A DNA stretch of 47,522 nt from a virus, in the IMG/VR virus record IMGVR_UViG_3300010384_000010, one strand, 5' to 3'. This document shows positions 19,920-27,983 of the stretch, one piece after another. The notes below the pieces were generated by a model that saw nothing but the letters and a program-made list of their open reading frames with translations, did no database searches and was not told the origin of the DNA. The position numbers and the translations under genes are program-made. Each line of letters opens with the position of its first letter. Position 1 is the first letter of the stretch.

Positions 19920-21355
19920 AGCGCGTAGCTCCTGTCAAAGCCACCCACAATCTCCAGCTCCTCGACCGCGCGGGTGACGCCCACGTAGAACACGCGGGCC
20001 TCCGCGTCGGGGTTGCCGTCCATGCCGCGCTCGATCCGCGCGGTGATGCCGGTGTGCAGGACCACGCGCCGGGCCTCGCGCCCCTTGGAGGCGTGGATGG
20101 TGGACAGGCGGATGGTCGGGGTCTGCGTCAGGTCCGCCTCCCGGAAGAAGTCCAGGAGCTGGATCGGCACCCGCAGCGAGCGCTCCCAGCCGCGCGCAAC
20201 GATCGCGCGCCAGTCCCGCGAGTTTAGGTCCGACTTGGTGGCGTCGGTGGCAACCTTCGCCAGGGCCTCAGCCTCGGCCGTCGACGGTACGTGCCCCGCG
20301 CCCATCCGGTGGATCAGGCGGATGGCATCGGCCCAGGTAGAGTCGAACAGGCCAGGCTTGCCGCCCTCGACCCGGTAGGGCTTGCGCACCGCGATCAGCT
20401 CCTCCTCCACCTCCTTCTTCTGCGTATGGCTCCGGGCCAGGATGAGCACATCGTCACCGTGGGTCACCTGCTCGGCCGTGAATCCGTTGCCCGAGCGCGT
20501 GACCAGCCCCTCCCGGGGCGCCGCGCGGTAGCTCTTTTTGACGCGGTGGCCTATGGTCGCTACTACCCCACGGGCGACCTCGTGCACGGCCCGGGGAACG
20601 CGGTAGGACTGCGCCAGGATGACCGGCTCGGCGCCGTACCGCTCGGTGAACTTGGCCATGCCGTGTGGGTCGGCCCCGGACCACTCGTAGATTGCCTGGT
20701 CATCGTCCCCGGCGATGGTCACCTCGTCCAGCTGGTCGAACCGACACATCGCGTCCACCATCTGCCACTGCAGCGGGGACAGGTCCTGGGCCTCGTCCAC
20801 GAACAGCACGCGGGCACCATGGTTGCGGGGCTCGGCCACGTACCGTTCGATCAGGTCGGTGAAGTCGGTGAAGCCATACGCCTGCTTCCACGAGTTGTAG
20901 CTCTCGACGCAGTGCTGGTAGCGCGCGAAGTCGCCGGGGCGCTCGCTGTCCGCGTAGTAGGCGTCCTTCCAGTCGCCCAGGGTGGCGCGCGCCAGCTCGT
21001 AGATCGCCAGGTACTTGTCGCCGTCCGCCATCTCTTGGCCGAACTCGTCGTCGCGGTTGGCCGCGCCGGTGAACTCGATGCCGGCGGCCTTACCGAACCG
21101 GCGCAGCTTGTAGCCGTCCACCATCTGCATGGGCGACGCGCCGCACGCGCGGAACGCCAGGGAGTGGAGGGTACAAATCTTGTCGGAGCGCGTCACACCC
21201 AGGCGGCGGAGCGCCTCGTTGGCGGCGGCCCGCGTGAATGACATGAAGCCGATGTGCTCGGCCCGATACCCGCGCTTGCGGGCCTCGCCGACACGCCGCA
21301 GCATCTCGGTGGTCTTGCCGGTCCCCGGGGGGCCGAAAATCGCGAACGCCTGCAT
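19916..21355 (-). CDS. UvrD/Rep-like superfamily-1 helicase
   Basis: Trimmed to MQAFAIFGPPGTGKTT (Walker A). Further motifs: LFVDEAQD, GDDDQAIYEWSGA, SYRVPRAV, STIHASKGREA and YVGVTRA. Confidence 0.8.
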   Translation of the reverse strand: MQAFAIFGPPGTGKTTEMLRRVGEARKRGYRAEHIGFMSFTRAAANEALRRLGVTRSDKICTLHSLAFRACGASPMQMVDGYKLRRFGKAAGIEFTGAANRDDEFGQEMADGDKYLAIYELARATLGDWKDAYYADSERPGDFARYQHCVESYNSWKQAYGFTDFTDLIERYVAEPRNHGARVLFVDEAQDLSPLQWQMVDAMCRFDQLDEVTIAGDDDQAIYEWSGADPHGMAKFTERYGAEPVILAQSYRVPRAVHEVARGVVATIGHRVKKSYRAAPREGLVTRSGNGFTAEQVTHGDDVLILARSHTQKKEVEEELIAVRKPYRVEGGKPGLFDSTWADAIRLIHRMGAGHVPSTAEAEALAKVATDATKSDLNSRDWRAIVARGWERSLRVPIQLLDFFREADLTQTPTIRLSTIHASKGREARRVVLHTGITARIERGMDGNPDAEARVFYVGVTRAVEELEIVGGFDRSYAL

Positions 21356-21371
21356 GTCTCTATCCTCTATT
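21356..21371 (-). promoter_or_regulatory. Leader motif copy (ATAGAGGATAGAGAC) abutting the helicase ATG, with no promoter of its own
   Basis: The minus strand reads TTTTTTAATAGAGGATAGAGACATG, directly after the terminator T-run. Confidence 0.5.
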
Positions 21372-21414
21372 AAAAAAGGGCGGCCTGCCCCAGGGGGTGG
21401 AAAGCAGGCCGCCA
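21372..21414 (-). terminator. Rho-independent terminator after the SSB-like gene
   Basis: The minus strand reads GGCGGCCTGC-15 nt loop-GCAGGCCGCC followed by CTTTTTT. 10-bp GC stem. Confidence 0.8.
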
Positions 21415-21434
21415 AAACAGCGAGTCCCGGGGAA

Positions 21435-22229
21435 TTAGAACTCGCTGGCGCCGCCGTTCCCGGCGGTGTCTTCGACATCGGACGCGCGATCGGCCGTCAC
21501 GTGGCCGGCGGCGATCGCCTTGTACATGCGCTCGGCGCGGGCGTACGCCTCGGCGGACGGGTAGCCGGCCGGCTTGACCGAGAGGTTATAGAACGACTGG
21601 TTCTGCTTGTTGGTGTCCTCGACCGCCGACAGCTGGTAGACGCGCCCGAAGCTGTCGGTGTTCGCGATGCGGATGAGGCTGTTCCACTTGCGCGAAATCT
21701 TGGCCTTGGACTTGGCCATGGAGACCACGATTTCTTCGATGCCGCCATCCGGCTTGACCAACAGGCAGAACTGCTGGTTGGTGTCGACCACCTCGTAGTC
21801 ATCGGCGCAGCTGTTGCCCTTCTCATCGGTCAGGTTCTGGCGCGCGCTCTCGGCCTCCTGCTGGGTCGGGAAAGCGCCGCCGAAGCCGCCGCCGAGCTTG
21901 CGGTCCTTCCACAACAGGTATTCCTTCACGAAGCCCACCGGGATGACCAACACGTCCTTGCCGTACAGCTCGCGGGTGACGTTGTTGTACAGCAGGCCCT
22001 CCTCGGCACCCTCGATGTAGTTGGGGTCCGACTTCTTGCGGCACGGGGACAGGTCCTGAATCACCTCCAGGCGCGGGATGACCAGGTCTTCGGCCTGGAC
22101 GTTCTCCTGGCCACGGGCGGAGCCCTGCTTGGCGCGCAGGTACTCGGGCATCTGGTCGGTGACCACCATGCCGCCGCCCTGGGTGGCCAGCTCGGTGCCC
22201 TGGTCCTTCTTGCTATCGCTCTTTGCCAT
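21435..22229 (-). CDS. Putative ssDNA-binding protein (T7 gp2.5-like tail)
   Basis: 264 aa. It sits between two helicase genes and is followed by the strongest terminator in the window. The acidic C-terminus ends in Phe (DVEDTAGNGGASEF), as in gp2.5-type SSBs. No family was recognised with certainty. Confidence 0.4.
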   Translation of the reverse strand: MAKSDSKKDQGTELATQGGGMVVTDQMPEYLRAKQGSARGQENVQAEDLVIPRLEVIQDLSPCRKKSDPNYIEGAEEGLLYNNVTRELYGKDVLVIPVGFVKEYLLWKDRKLGGGFGGAFPTQQEAESARQNLTDEKGNSCADDYEVVDTNQQFCLLVKPDGGIEEIVVSMAKSKAKISRKWNSLIRIANTDSFGRVYQLSAVEDTNKQNQSFYNLSVKPAGYPSAEAYARAERMYKAIAAGHVTADRASDVEDTAGNGGASEF

Positions 22230-22245
22230 GTCTTTTCTCGCTCTT

Positions 22246-22276
22246 GGGTTCGTAGGTTCTTAGGTTCTGGCTGTTC
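22246..22276 (-). repeat. Four phased GAAC(C/A) repeats in the SSB-like gene 5' leader
   Basis: The minus strand reads GAACAGCCAGAACCTAAGAACCTACGAACCC, 17-47 nt upstream of the ATG at 22229. Confidence 0.5.
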
Positions 22277-22389
22277 TGCCCTCGGTCCTCCCTGGGCAAG
22301 GTCGCCATCCCGACTCCGTGCGGCAACAGCCCCGCTTCACGTATGTACGGAATCCAGACTCCGGTCCGAAGTCGACCAGACCGCTGGCG

Positions 22390-22959
22390 CTATGCCTTGG
22401 TGATGGTCGCCATCGTGTACGGTTCGGCCTTGAACAGGTTCTCCGGGATGTCCTCGCCCTCCTCCATGTACTTCTTCAGGGTGGCCTTCAGGGAGGAGCT
22501 GTTCACGGTCTTTTTGACCAGGTCGCCACGGCCGTTGTCGTCCAGCCACTGGAACGCCTCGTCCTGCATCCCGGGCTTGATGCTGGCGTAGATGTCGCCG
22601 CGCAGGCCCACGCGGCCGATGCCCTCGATCTTGATGTTCTTCAGACCCTCGGCGTCGAAGCGCTCGGGCACCAACGCCAGGCGCAGGTAGTCGAAGCGGC
22701 GGCCCAGCTCTTTGGCGATCAGGTCGGCCGCGTCCTTGGCGCCGCGCAGGGCGTGCATCTCGCGGATGACTTCCAGTGTGGTCAGAGTGTCGGGGTTGGG
22801 CTGCGGCTCCGGGCCGAAATAGGTGCCCAGGTGGGCCAGCGCCAGGCCCACGGCCTCGCCGTACAGGCGGGGCTGCCCGCCGGCCTTGTACAGCAGGTCC
22901 AGCCCGTCGAACCGGCCGTTCGCGCCGTTGGCAAACTCGTTGCCGAATTCCTCGCTCAT
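22390..22959 (-). CDS. Hypothetical protein
   Basis: 189 aa (MSEEFGNEFANGANGRFDGLDLLYKAGG...). The leader motif is upstream. Confidence 0.65.
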   Translation of the reverse strand: MSEEFGNEFANGANGRFDGLDLLYKAGGQPRLYGEAVGLALAHLGTYFGPEPQPNPDTLTTLEVIREMHALRGAKDAADLIAKELGRRFDYLRLALVPERFDAEGLKNIKIEGIGRVGLRGDIYASIKPGMQDEAFQWLDDNGRGDLVKKTVNSSSLKATLKKYMEEGEDIPENLFKAEPYTMATITKA

Positions 22960-22963
22960 TTGT

Positions 22964-22979
22964 CTCTATCCTCTATCGG
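22964..22979 (-). promoter_or_regulatory. Leader motif copy (GATAGAGGATAGAGACAA-ATG) in a 23-nt intergenic gap
   Basis: The plus strand reads ctctatcctctatcgg, between the stop at 22983 and the start at 22959. Confidence 0.5.
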
Positions 22980-22982
22980 GTC

Positions 22983-23303
22983 TTACAGGTTGATGGTGAT
23001 GGGGCAATACGCGCGGTCGCGGTTGCTCCACCGCAGGACTCGGATCGGGCGGACGCCGCGCTCGTGGAGCAGGGCGAAGGCGATTCCCGAAACGATCGGG
23101 GACCCGGACGGGGCCAAGAAGTCAGCGGCCGGATCGAAACTACGCAGCTTCTGCCGCAGCTCGTCCACCAGCGCCTGATTGGCCAGCGAGTTGGCCACGG
23201 GTGACAGGTCGTGCCGGGTGAGAAAGTGCACATCGCCGAACTGCTCCGCCGGGGAGTAGTTGAGCTGGGCACTCTCTTGGGTGACGAAAACGCGGCTCTT
23301 CAT
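22983..23303 (-). CDS. Hypothetical protein
   Basis: 106 aa (MKSRVFVTQESAQLNYSPAEQFGDVHFL...). Confidence 0.65.
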   Translation of the reverse strand: MKSRVFVTQESAQLNYSPAEQFGDVHFLTRHDLSPVANSLANQALVDELRQKLRSFDPAADFLAPSGSPIVSGIAFALLHERGVRPIRVLRWSNRDRAYCPITINL

Positions 23304-23308
23304 GGTGT

Positions 23309-23412
23309 CTCTCTATCCTCTATCGCTTACCCGGGCGGGGCCGTCTCAGGGCCGCCGCCCGGGGTCGCACCTCAGGGGATTCCATTATACCCTACGGGGA
23401 GGGCGGTGTCAA
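23309..23412 (-). promoter_or_regulatory. Consensus sigma70-type promoter (TTGACA-17-TATAAT), GC hairpin leader and ATAGAGGATAGAGAG
   Basis: -10 at 23384..23389. The -35 at 23407..23412 lies in the last codons of the SNF2 gene. The leader hairpin is CCCGGGCGGCGGCC...GGCCCCGCCCGGG. Motif at 23309..23325. Confidence 0.65.
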
Positions 23413-25197
23413 CGCCTCCATCACGTCCTCTACACGCGCCGTTGACGCCGAGCGCTGCAGCTCGGTGATCCGCCCCCGGATGAACTCGGCGAGGTCCTGC
23501 TTGGTCTCGTTGGCCGACATGATTATCTCGTCGGTCGTGCCGCGCGCGACCAGGTCCACGATCAGGGTGGACTTGCCATCGGCCGTGCCGCGCTCCTCCG
23601 ACTGCATCCTGTCGGCAAACTTGAACGTGTTGCTGAAGTAGACGATGGTAGTCGCCTCGTCCATGGTCAGGCCCATGCCGCCGGTCGCCGCGTTACCGAC
23701 GCAGAATCGCGCCTTGTGCTTCTGGAACAGCTCATACACGTTAACATCGCGCTGGGCCTCGTCCACGGCACCGTGCAGCTCCACCACCTGGTCCTGCCCG
23801 TACCGGGCGCGCAGGGCAGCAGTGACCGCCTGGATTTCATCGATGAAGGCGCACCACACGATCATCGGGCCCTCGTACTCCTCCGCGCAGGCCAGGACCT
23901 CGGCCACCTTGGGGTTGGTGCCGTCGATGGCCTTGCGGTAGGTGCGGGGCAGGCGCTTCGCCGGGCCCCAGACTTCGCGCTGCCTGGCCATCTCCTCCTC
24001 GGTGTACTGGTAGGACACGTGGCCGCCCACGACCTCCTGCAAGCGGAGCATCTTCTCCAGGACGTTCTGGACGATCAGCTGCGGCTCGCCGTCGACGCCC
24101 AGGCGCGAGCGCTTGCGCAGGTCCGAGTACAGGGCCCGCTGGCCGGGCGTCATATCTACCTCGCGCAGGACGTACACCTTCTCGGCGTCGACGACTTCGT
24201 GCTGGCGCACCTGGTACGTGTAGGGGCTGACCAGCTCCACCAGCTCGTCCAGGTTATCGTAGCCGATGATGTCCTTGTTCTCGTACCCGCCCTTGACGGT
24301 GTAGCGGGCCTGGAAGGAGAAGTAATCGCCGATCCCCAGGATGTCCGGGTCCAGAAATTCGAACTGCATATACAGGTCGAGGGGGTTTTTGGTCAGGGGC
24401 GTGCCGGTCAGAATCCGCCGGAAGTCCACCATCCGGCCCACGCTCGCGACGTTCTTGGAGCGGGCGGAATTGTGGGTCTTGATGAGGCTGGACTCGTCCA
24501 CCGCGCACATTACGCGCGGGTTGGCCAGGCAGAACCGTTTCACGTACTCGATGGCCGAGCCGGCGGACAGAGACTCTACGCCCACCAGCAGCCATTTGAA
24601 GTCGTGCGGCCGATCGAGCCACCGGCCAAACGCGCGGCCCTTGTCCTTGGTGTCGAGCAGGTGGTAGTCGACCGGGATGGTTGCATCCTTTGCGAACTCG
24701 CGCACCCAATTCTTGCGCAGGGACAGCGGGCAGATCAGCACCACCGCGCGGACCTTGTCCTCGATCCGCAGCGCGCACGCCTCATCAATGAGCACCTTGG
24801 TCTTGCCAGTGCGCATGTCCATGAACAGGGCCGCCGCGCTGAGCCCGTAGACCTTGCTTAGCGCCTCCCGCTGCTTGGCCCTGGGCTGGCGCTTGAACCC
24901 GTAGTAGGCAGGGAACGCGTCAGGGGCCGGGCGCTCGCTCCTCCGCTGTTGGTGCTCCTCGATCCGGGCGCGGGCGGCGGCGGTGACCAGGGCGCTGCCC
25001 TTGTAGACCCGGATGATTTCTTCGATGTTCGCCCGGATCGCGGGCGCTGTCCAGGCATTGCGGCCCTTGTTCCAGCGCCGGTTGGGGAGCGCCCGCACGC
25101 GCCCGTTGTCGAAGATTGGGCAGGTGATGATGAATTGCCCTTTCTTCACGTCGAAGTCGATGACGGTCTTAATACTCGGGTTCGAAACGGGTTGCAT
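23392..25197 (-). CDS. SNF2-family (DEAD-like) helicase
   Basis: 601 aa. Motifs: FMDMRTGKT (motif I), AVDESSLIK (DExx), LTGTP, and a C-terminal helicase domain with GGMGLTM. Confidence 0.8.
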   Translation of the reverse strand: MQPVSNPSIKTVIDFDVKKGQFIITCPIFDNGRVRALPNRRWNKGRNAWTAPAIRANIEEIIRVYKGSALVTAAARARIEEHQQRRSERPAPDAFPAYYGFKRQPRAKQREALSKVYGLSAAALFMDMRTGKTKVLIDEACALRIEDKVRAVVLICPLSLRKNWVREFAKDATIPVDYHLLDTKDKGRAFGRWLDRPHDFKWLLVGVESLSAGSAIEYVKRFCLANPRVMCAVDESSLIKTHNSARSKNVASVGRMVDFRRILTGTPLTKNPLDLYMQFEFLDPDILGIGDYFSFQARYTVKGGYENKDIIGYDNLDELVELVSPYTYQVRQHEVVDAEKVYVLREVDMTPGQRALYSDLRKRSRLGVDGEPQLIVQNVLEKMLRLQEVVGGHVSYQYTEEEMARQREVWGPAKRLPRTYRKAIDGTNPKVAEVLACAEEYEGPMIVWCAFIDEIQAVTAALRARYGQDQVVELHGAVDEAQRDVNVYELFQKHKARFCVGNAATGGMGLTMDEATTIVYFSNTFKFADRMQSEERGTADGKSTLIVDLVARGTTDEIIMSANETKQDLAEFIRGRITELQRSASTARVEDVMEALTPPSP

Positions 25198-26743
25198 GTT
25201 GCACCTCCTCCTCGATCATGGCGGCGGGCAGATACCAGACGGGCAGCACCTGCTTGCCCACCCGCACCCGGTCGTTGCGCACGCCCATGGCCCGGGATGC
25301 CCGGAACCACAGGTCCTTGTTCTTGATCACGTCGGTCTTGGTCTTCTGCAGGTAATTCACGAAGTCCACGGACCGGAACATTACGACGCGCTCGTCCTTG
25401 TGCAGCTGCACGACCGGCACACCACGGAGCAGGGCCTCGCGGTCCTTGGCCTGGTCGCCCTCGTTCTTCAGGTCGGCCTTGCGCAGGAACTCGATGAGGC
25501 GAATGCGGACCGCGCCGTCCGGGGTGGCGTCCTCGGGGACCTCGTCAATCGTGATCTTGTCGAACATCTCGCGGAGCATCTTGTCCCACTCGTCGTTCTT
25601 GAGCCGGGGAAGCACCACATGCGTGCGGGCCATCACCGCCTTGCGCAGCTCGGTGAACGAAGACAGCTCCTCGATCGTCAGGCCCTCGATCTTGCGCGCG
25701 CCGTCACCCTCGCCAATGGACAGGTCGAAGCGCAGCGGGTCGGTGTTGTGATACTTGACCAGGGAGTGGAAGGTCGGCATCGTCTCGCGCGACGACATCG
25801 CTTCGAACTCGGCCTCCGAGATGCCCCACTTGAGCTTGCGGCAGGCGGCCCGGTCGCAGACGTCGCGGAATCCGCTGCACTTATAGTTGGCCTTGCTGCT
25901 GATCGCGGACTTGATGGTCTTGTCACGCTCCTTGAACGGCAGCGGGTCGTCGGCCATGAACCGCATGGACAGGTCGTGGGCGGCCTCGCGCGCCGTGTCG
26001 GGGTCGCGCTTGCGGGCGAACACGGCCACCTGATAGGTGCCCTCATTGCGCTCACCCGGGTTGAACCCGCCGGATTTCATGCGCGCCTGGAGGCACGGGG
26101 GCATCTCAGTGAGGTCGTCGGCAAACAGGCGGTGGAGGGTCGCGGCATCGATGGCCGTGGTCTCCGCCTTGGTAAGAAAGGCGTCCAGAGTAAGCCGCTT
26201 GCCGTTGGACACGGCGAACCGCTTGGTCTCGGCCTCGCCGAAGTAGGGCAGGTTGATCCAGTTGCCCAGGGCCTTCTCGCCCTCGTCGTTTATGACCAGC
26301 CGGCTCTGCTTGGGGTAAATGCAGTCGACGCCCTCCACCTCCAGCGACTTGGCCCAGCGGGTGAGCACCTGACGGACGATGTCGCAGCGCACCGGCTCGT
26401 TGAAGAACACGTACAGGTGCACGCCGCCGGACTTGCTGCGGCACGCCACCAGCGGGTACTCCAGCTCCGCCACCTTCCGCTCGACCGCGCGGATGTCGGT
26501 GTCCTTGTCGGACCCGTGGTTGTCGATGTCGATAGCCCCCCAAAAGCAGGTACCATCGTCGCGGATGGGGACGAGGCCCAGGCCCATCCTCCCCTCCAGG
26601 TGCTCGCGGACCTGGGCCTCGCCGTACTCCGCCTTCTCGGTCAGGGAGTCCTTCTTCGGCGGCTTATTCGGGTTCCACATCCCGTAGGATCGCGGGTTGC
26701 CGCGAAACAGCGACATGTAGCGTCGCAGGCTCAATTCATCCAC
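25169..26743 (-). CDS. Primase-polymerase (AEP/PrimPol family)
   Basis: FWGAIDIDNH (DxD) and SKSGGVHLYVFF (sGgG-H) are AEP catalytic motifs. The ORF opens with GTG at 26741-26743. ATG codon 10 is an alternative start. Confidence 0.7.
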   Translation of the reverse strand: MDELSLRRYMSLFRGNPRSYGMWNPNKPPKKDSLTEKAEYGEAQVREHLEGRMGLGLVPIRDDGTCFWGAIDIDNHGSDKDTDIRAVERKVAELEYPLVACRSKSGGVHLYVFFNEPVRCDIVRQVLTRWAKSLEVEGVDCIYPKQSRLVINDEGEKALGNWINLPYFGEAETKRFAVSNGKRLTLDAFLTKAETTAIDAATLHRLFADDLTEMPPCLQARMKSGGFNPGERNEGTYQVAVFARKRDPDTAREAAHDLSMRFMADDPLPFKERDKTIKSAISSKANYKCSGFRDVCDRAACRKLKWGISEAEFEAMSSRETMPTFHSLVKYHNTDPLRFDLSIGEGDGARKIEGLTIEELSSFTELRKAVMARTHVVLPRLKNDEWDKMLREMFDKITIDEVPEDATPDGAVRIRLIEFLRKADLKNEGDQAKDREALLRGVPVVQLHKDERVVMFRSVDFVNYLQKTKTDVIKNKDLWFRASRAMGVRNDRVRVGKQVLPVWYLPAAMIEEEVQHATRFEPEY

Positions 26744-26764
26744 TGGAACGGTCCCCTTCGGTTT

Positions 26765-26848
26765 CTCTATGCTCTATCGGGTCGATGCCGCCCGGCCACT
26801 GGCCGGGGATGGATACATGGTAGCACACCGTGAAGACGCCGTGAAGAC
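26765..26848 (-). promoter_or_regulatory. Promoter-leader unit upstream of PrimPol, with two 11-bp-phased TCTTCACG repeats over the -35
   Basis: The minus strand reads TCTTCACGGCGTCTTCACGGTGTGCTACCAT. -10 at 26817..26822. Repeats at 26828..26837 and 26839..26848. Leader hairpin CCCGGCC-AGT-GGCCGGG. Motif at 26765..26780. Confidence 0.45.
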
Positions 26849-26892
26849 CGCGTGACGGCTGGGTGAGGCACCCCGCGCGCTCGCGCGAATCG

Positions 26893-27375
26893 CGCGCCCC
26901 CACGCGAGAGAGGCACCCCAAGCCCAGAGCCAGAGCCCTCCCCCCGCCCCGTTTTCTAGGCGCCGGGCTGTTGTAGGCGTGATAGGGTGCCGCCAGGGAG
27001 GCTACAACGCCCTGAGCCCGCGCCGGGCGGGGCCTCGCGGCCGGTTGTTGTAGTGTGATAGGGTCGCCGGGCTGTGCCGTCCGCGCCGAGAGCGGCCGTG
27101 GGGGGTAGCCTACAACAACAACACAGGCCCCCTTATCGGGCGCCCGCGCGTACGTGTGTCGGGGAGGAGGCGGGGCGGTGCCGCTCGCTGGGCCGGGAGG
27201 GGGCCACGGCGGCCCGTGGGGGAGGGGGGCGGGTGTGGCAGTAGCGGTCCCGGGGGTCGAGGGCCCCGGAGAGGCTCCCGTGAGGCCAGGCCGTGTTGTA
27301 GTCTCCCGGGCCCAGGCTGCAACACGCGGGGCCCGGATACGCGGCGGGGCGCCCCGAGAGGCGCCCCGCCGTATC
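26893..27375. repeat. Non-coding module B, paralog of module A (6518..7015)
   Basis: It has the same ordered sequence blocks as module A. The hairpins lie at 26970..27008, 27044..27119 and 27292..27326. Confidence 0.8.
27343..27370 (-). terminator. 11-bp GC hairpin 25 nt after the first early gene (terminator-like, no U-tract)
   Basis: The minus strand reads GGCGGGGCGCC-TCTCGG-GGCGCCCCGCC. Confidence 0.35.
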
Positions 27376-27394
27376 ACCGAGTTGTGAGACCGGG

Positions 27395-27910
27395 TCAGGC
27401 TTCGGCAGCAGCGCGCGCAGCCGCCGCGCGGGCCCCGCGAATCTTGTTGCCGAGGTTCATGCGCTGCATCCCGGGGTTGAGGTGCCCGTAGCGCTTCTCC
27501 AGCTGCGCCACAGTGTCGCCCAGCTCCGAGGAGGCCAGCGCGTAGACCTTGTCCAGCGGCAGCCCGCGCAGCTCCTGTGCCACGGCATCGTCGCGGTCGA
27601 TCGCCTTGCGACCGGACGGGGTCTTGACGTCATGGACGTGGTAGCGGGACAGGTCGGCGCGGATCAGGCGGTCGTCGGCGGAGCCGGCAGCCTTCGGCTT
27701 GGCCTCCTGCGCCTGGCGCGGGGTCGGCGCGGGCTTGGTGCGGGCCGGCTTGGTCGCGGCCTTGGCTGCGGCGGGGGCCTTGGCCTTGACGGGCTTCAGG
27801 TCGCCATTGCGGATCTTGCGGGTGCTGCCGTTCGGCAGGGCGATCTGCGACCAGCCGCCGTTCTTGCTGAGGATTTCGACTTCCCGACCGTTGTAGGTGG
27901 CAGTGTTCAT
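27395..27910 (-). CDS. First early gene, with a Lys/Ala/Pro-rich (histone H1-like) linker; putative nucleic-acid-binding protein
   Basis: 171 aa. The linker reads KPVKAKAPAAAKAATKPARTKPAPTPRQAQEAKPKAAG. The C-terminal block is RYGHLNPGMQRMNLGNKIR. AGGAGA lies 7 nt upstream of the ATG. Confidence 0.7.
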   Translation of the reverse strand: MNTATYNGREVEILSKNGGWSQIALPNGSTRKIRNGDLKPVKAKAPAAAKAATKPARTKPAPTPRQAQEAKPKAAGSADDRLIRADLSRYHVHDVKTPSGRKAIDRDDAVAQELRGLPLDKVYALASSELGDTVAQLEKRYGHLNPGMQRMNLGNKIRGARAAAARAAAEA

Positions 27911-27983
27911 GACTTCGTCTCCTGGGCTTCAGTGGTGGGAGGCAATAGAGACCGCGAGGGCGGGGCTTGCTCTGCGCTGAATT

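Noticed and set aside
18078-19928. Very long plus-strand ORFs: 18078-19928 (616 aa), 34792-37029 (745 aa), 37306-39291 (661 aa), 25013-26833 (606 aa), 29224-30957, 8475-10007, 21129-22403 and many shorter ones.
   Set aside because: Each lies fully antisense to a minus-strand gene with clear family motifs (polymerase, tape measure, sheath, PrimPol and so on). Their translations are Arg/Gly/Ala/Val/His-rich low complexity, and they lack SD or promoter context. These are the stop-poor shadow frames expected in GC-rich DNA.
21430-21450. A TCTAAT hexamer inside the 3' end of the SSB-like gene, resembling the early -10 boxes.
   Set aside because: It has no TGn extension and no -35-like hexamer at 16-18 bp. 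A start there would run straight into the strong terminator at 21372-21414.
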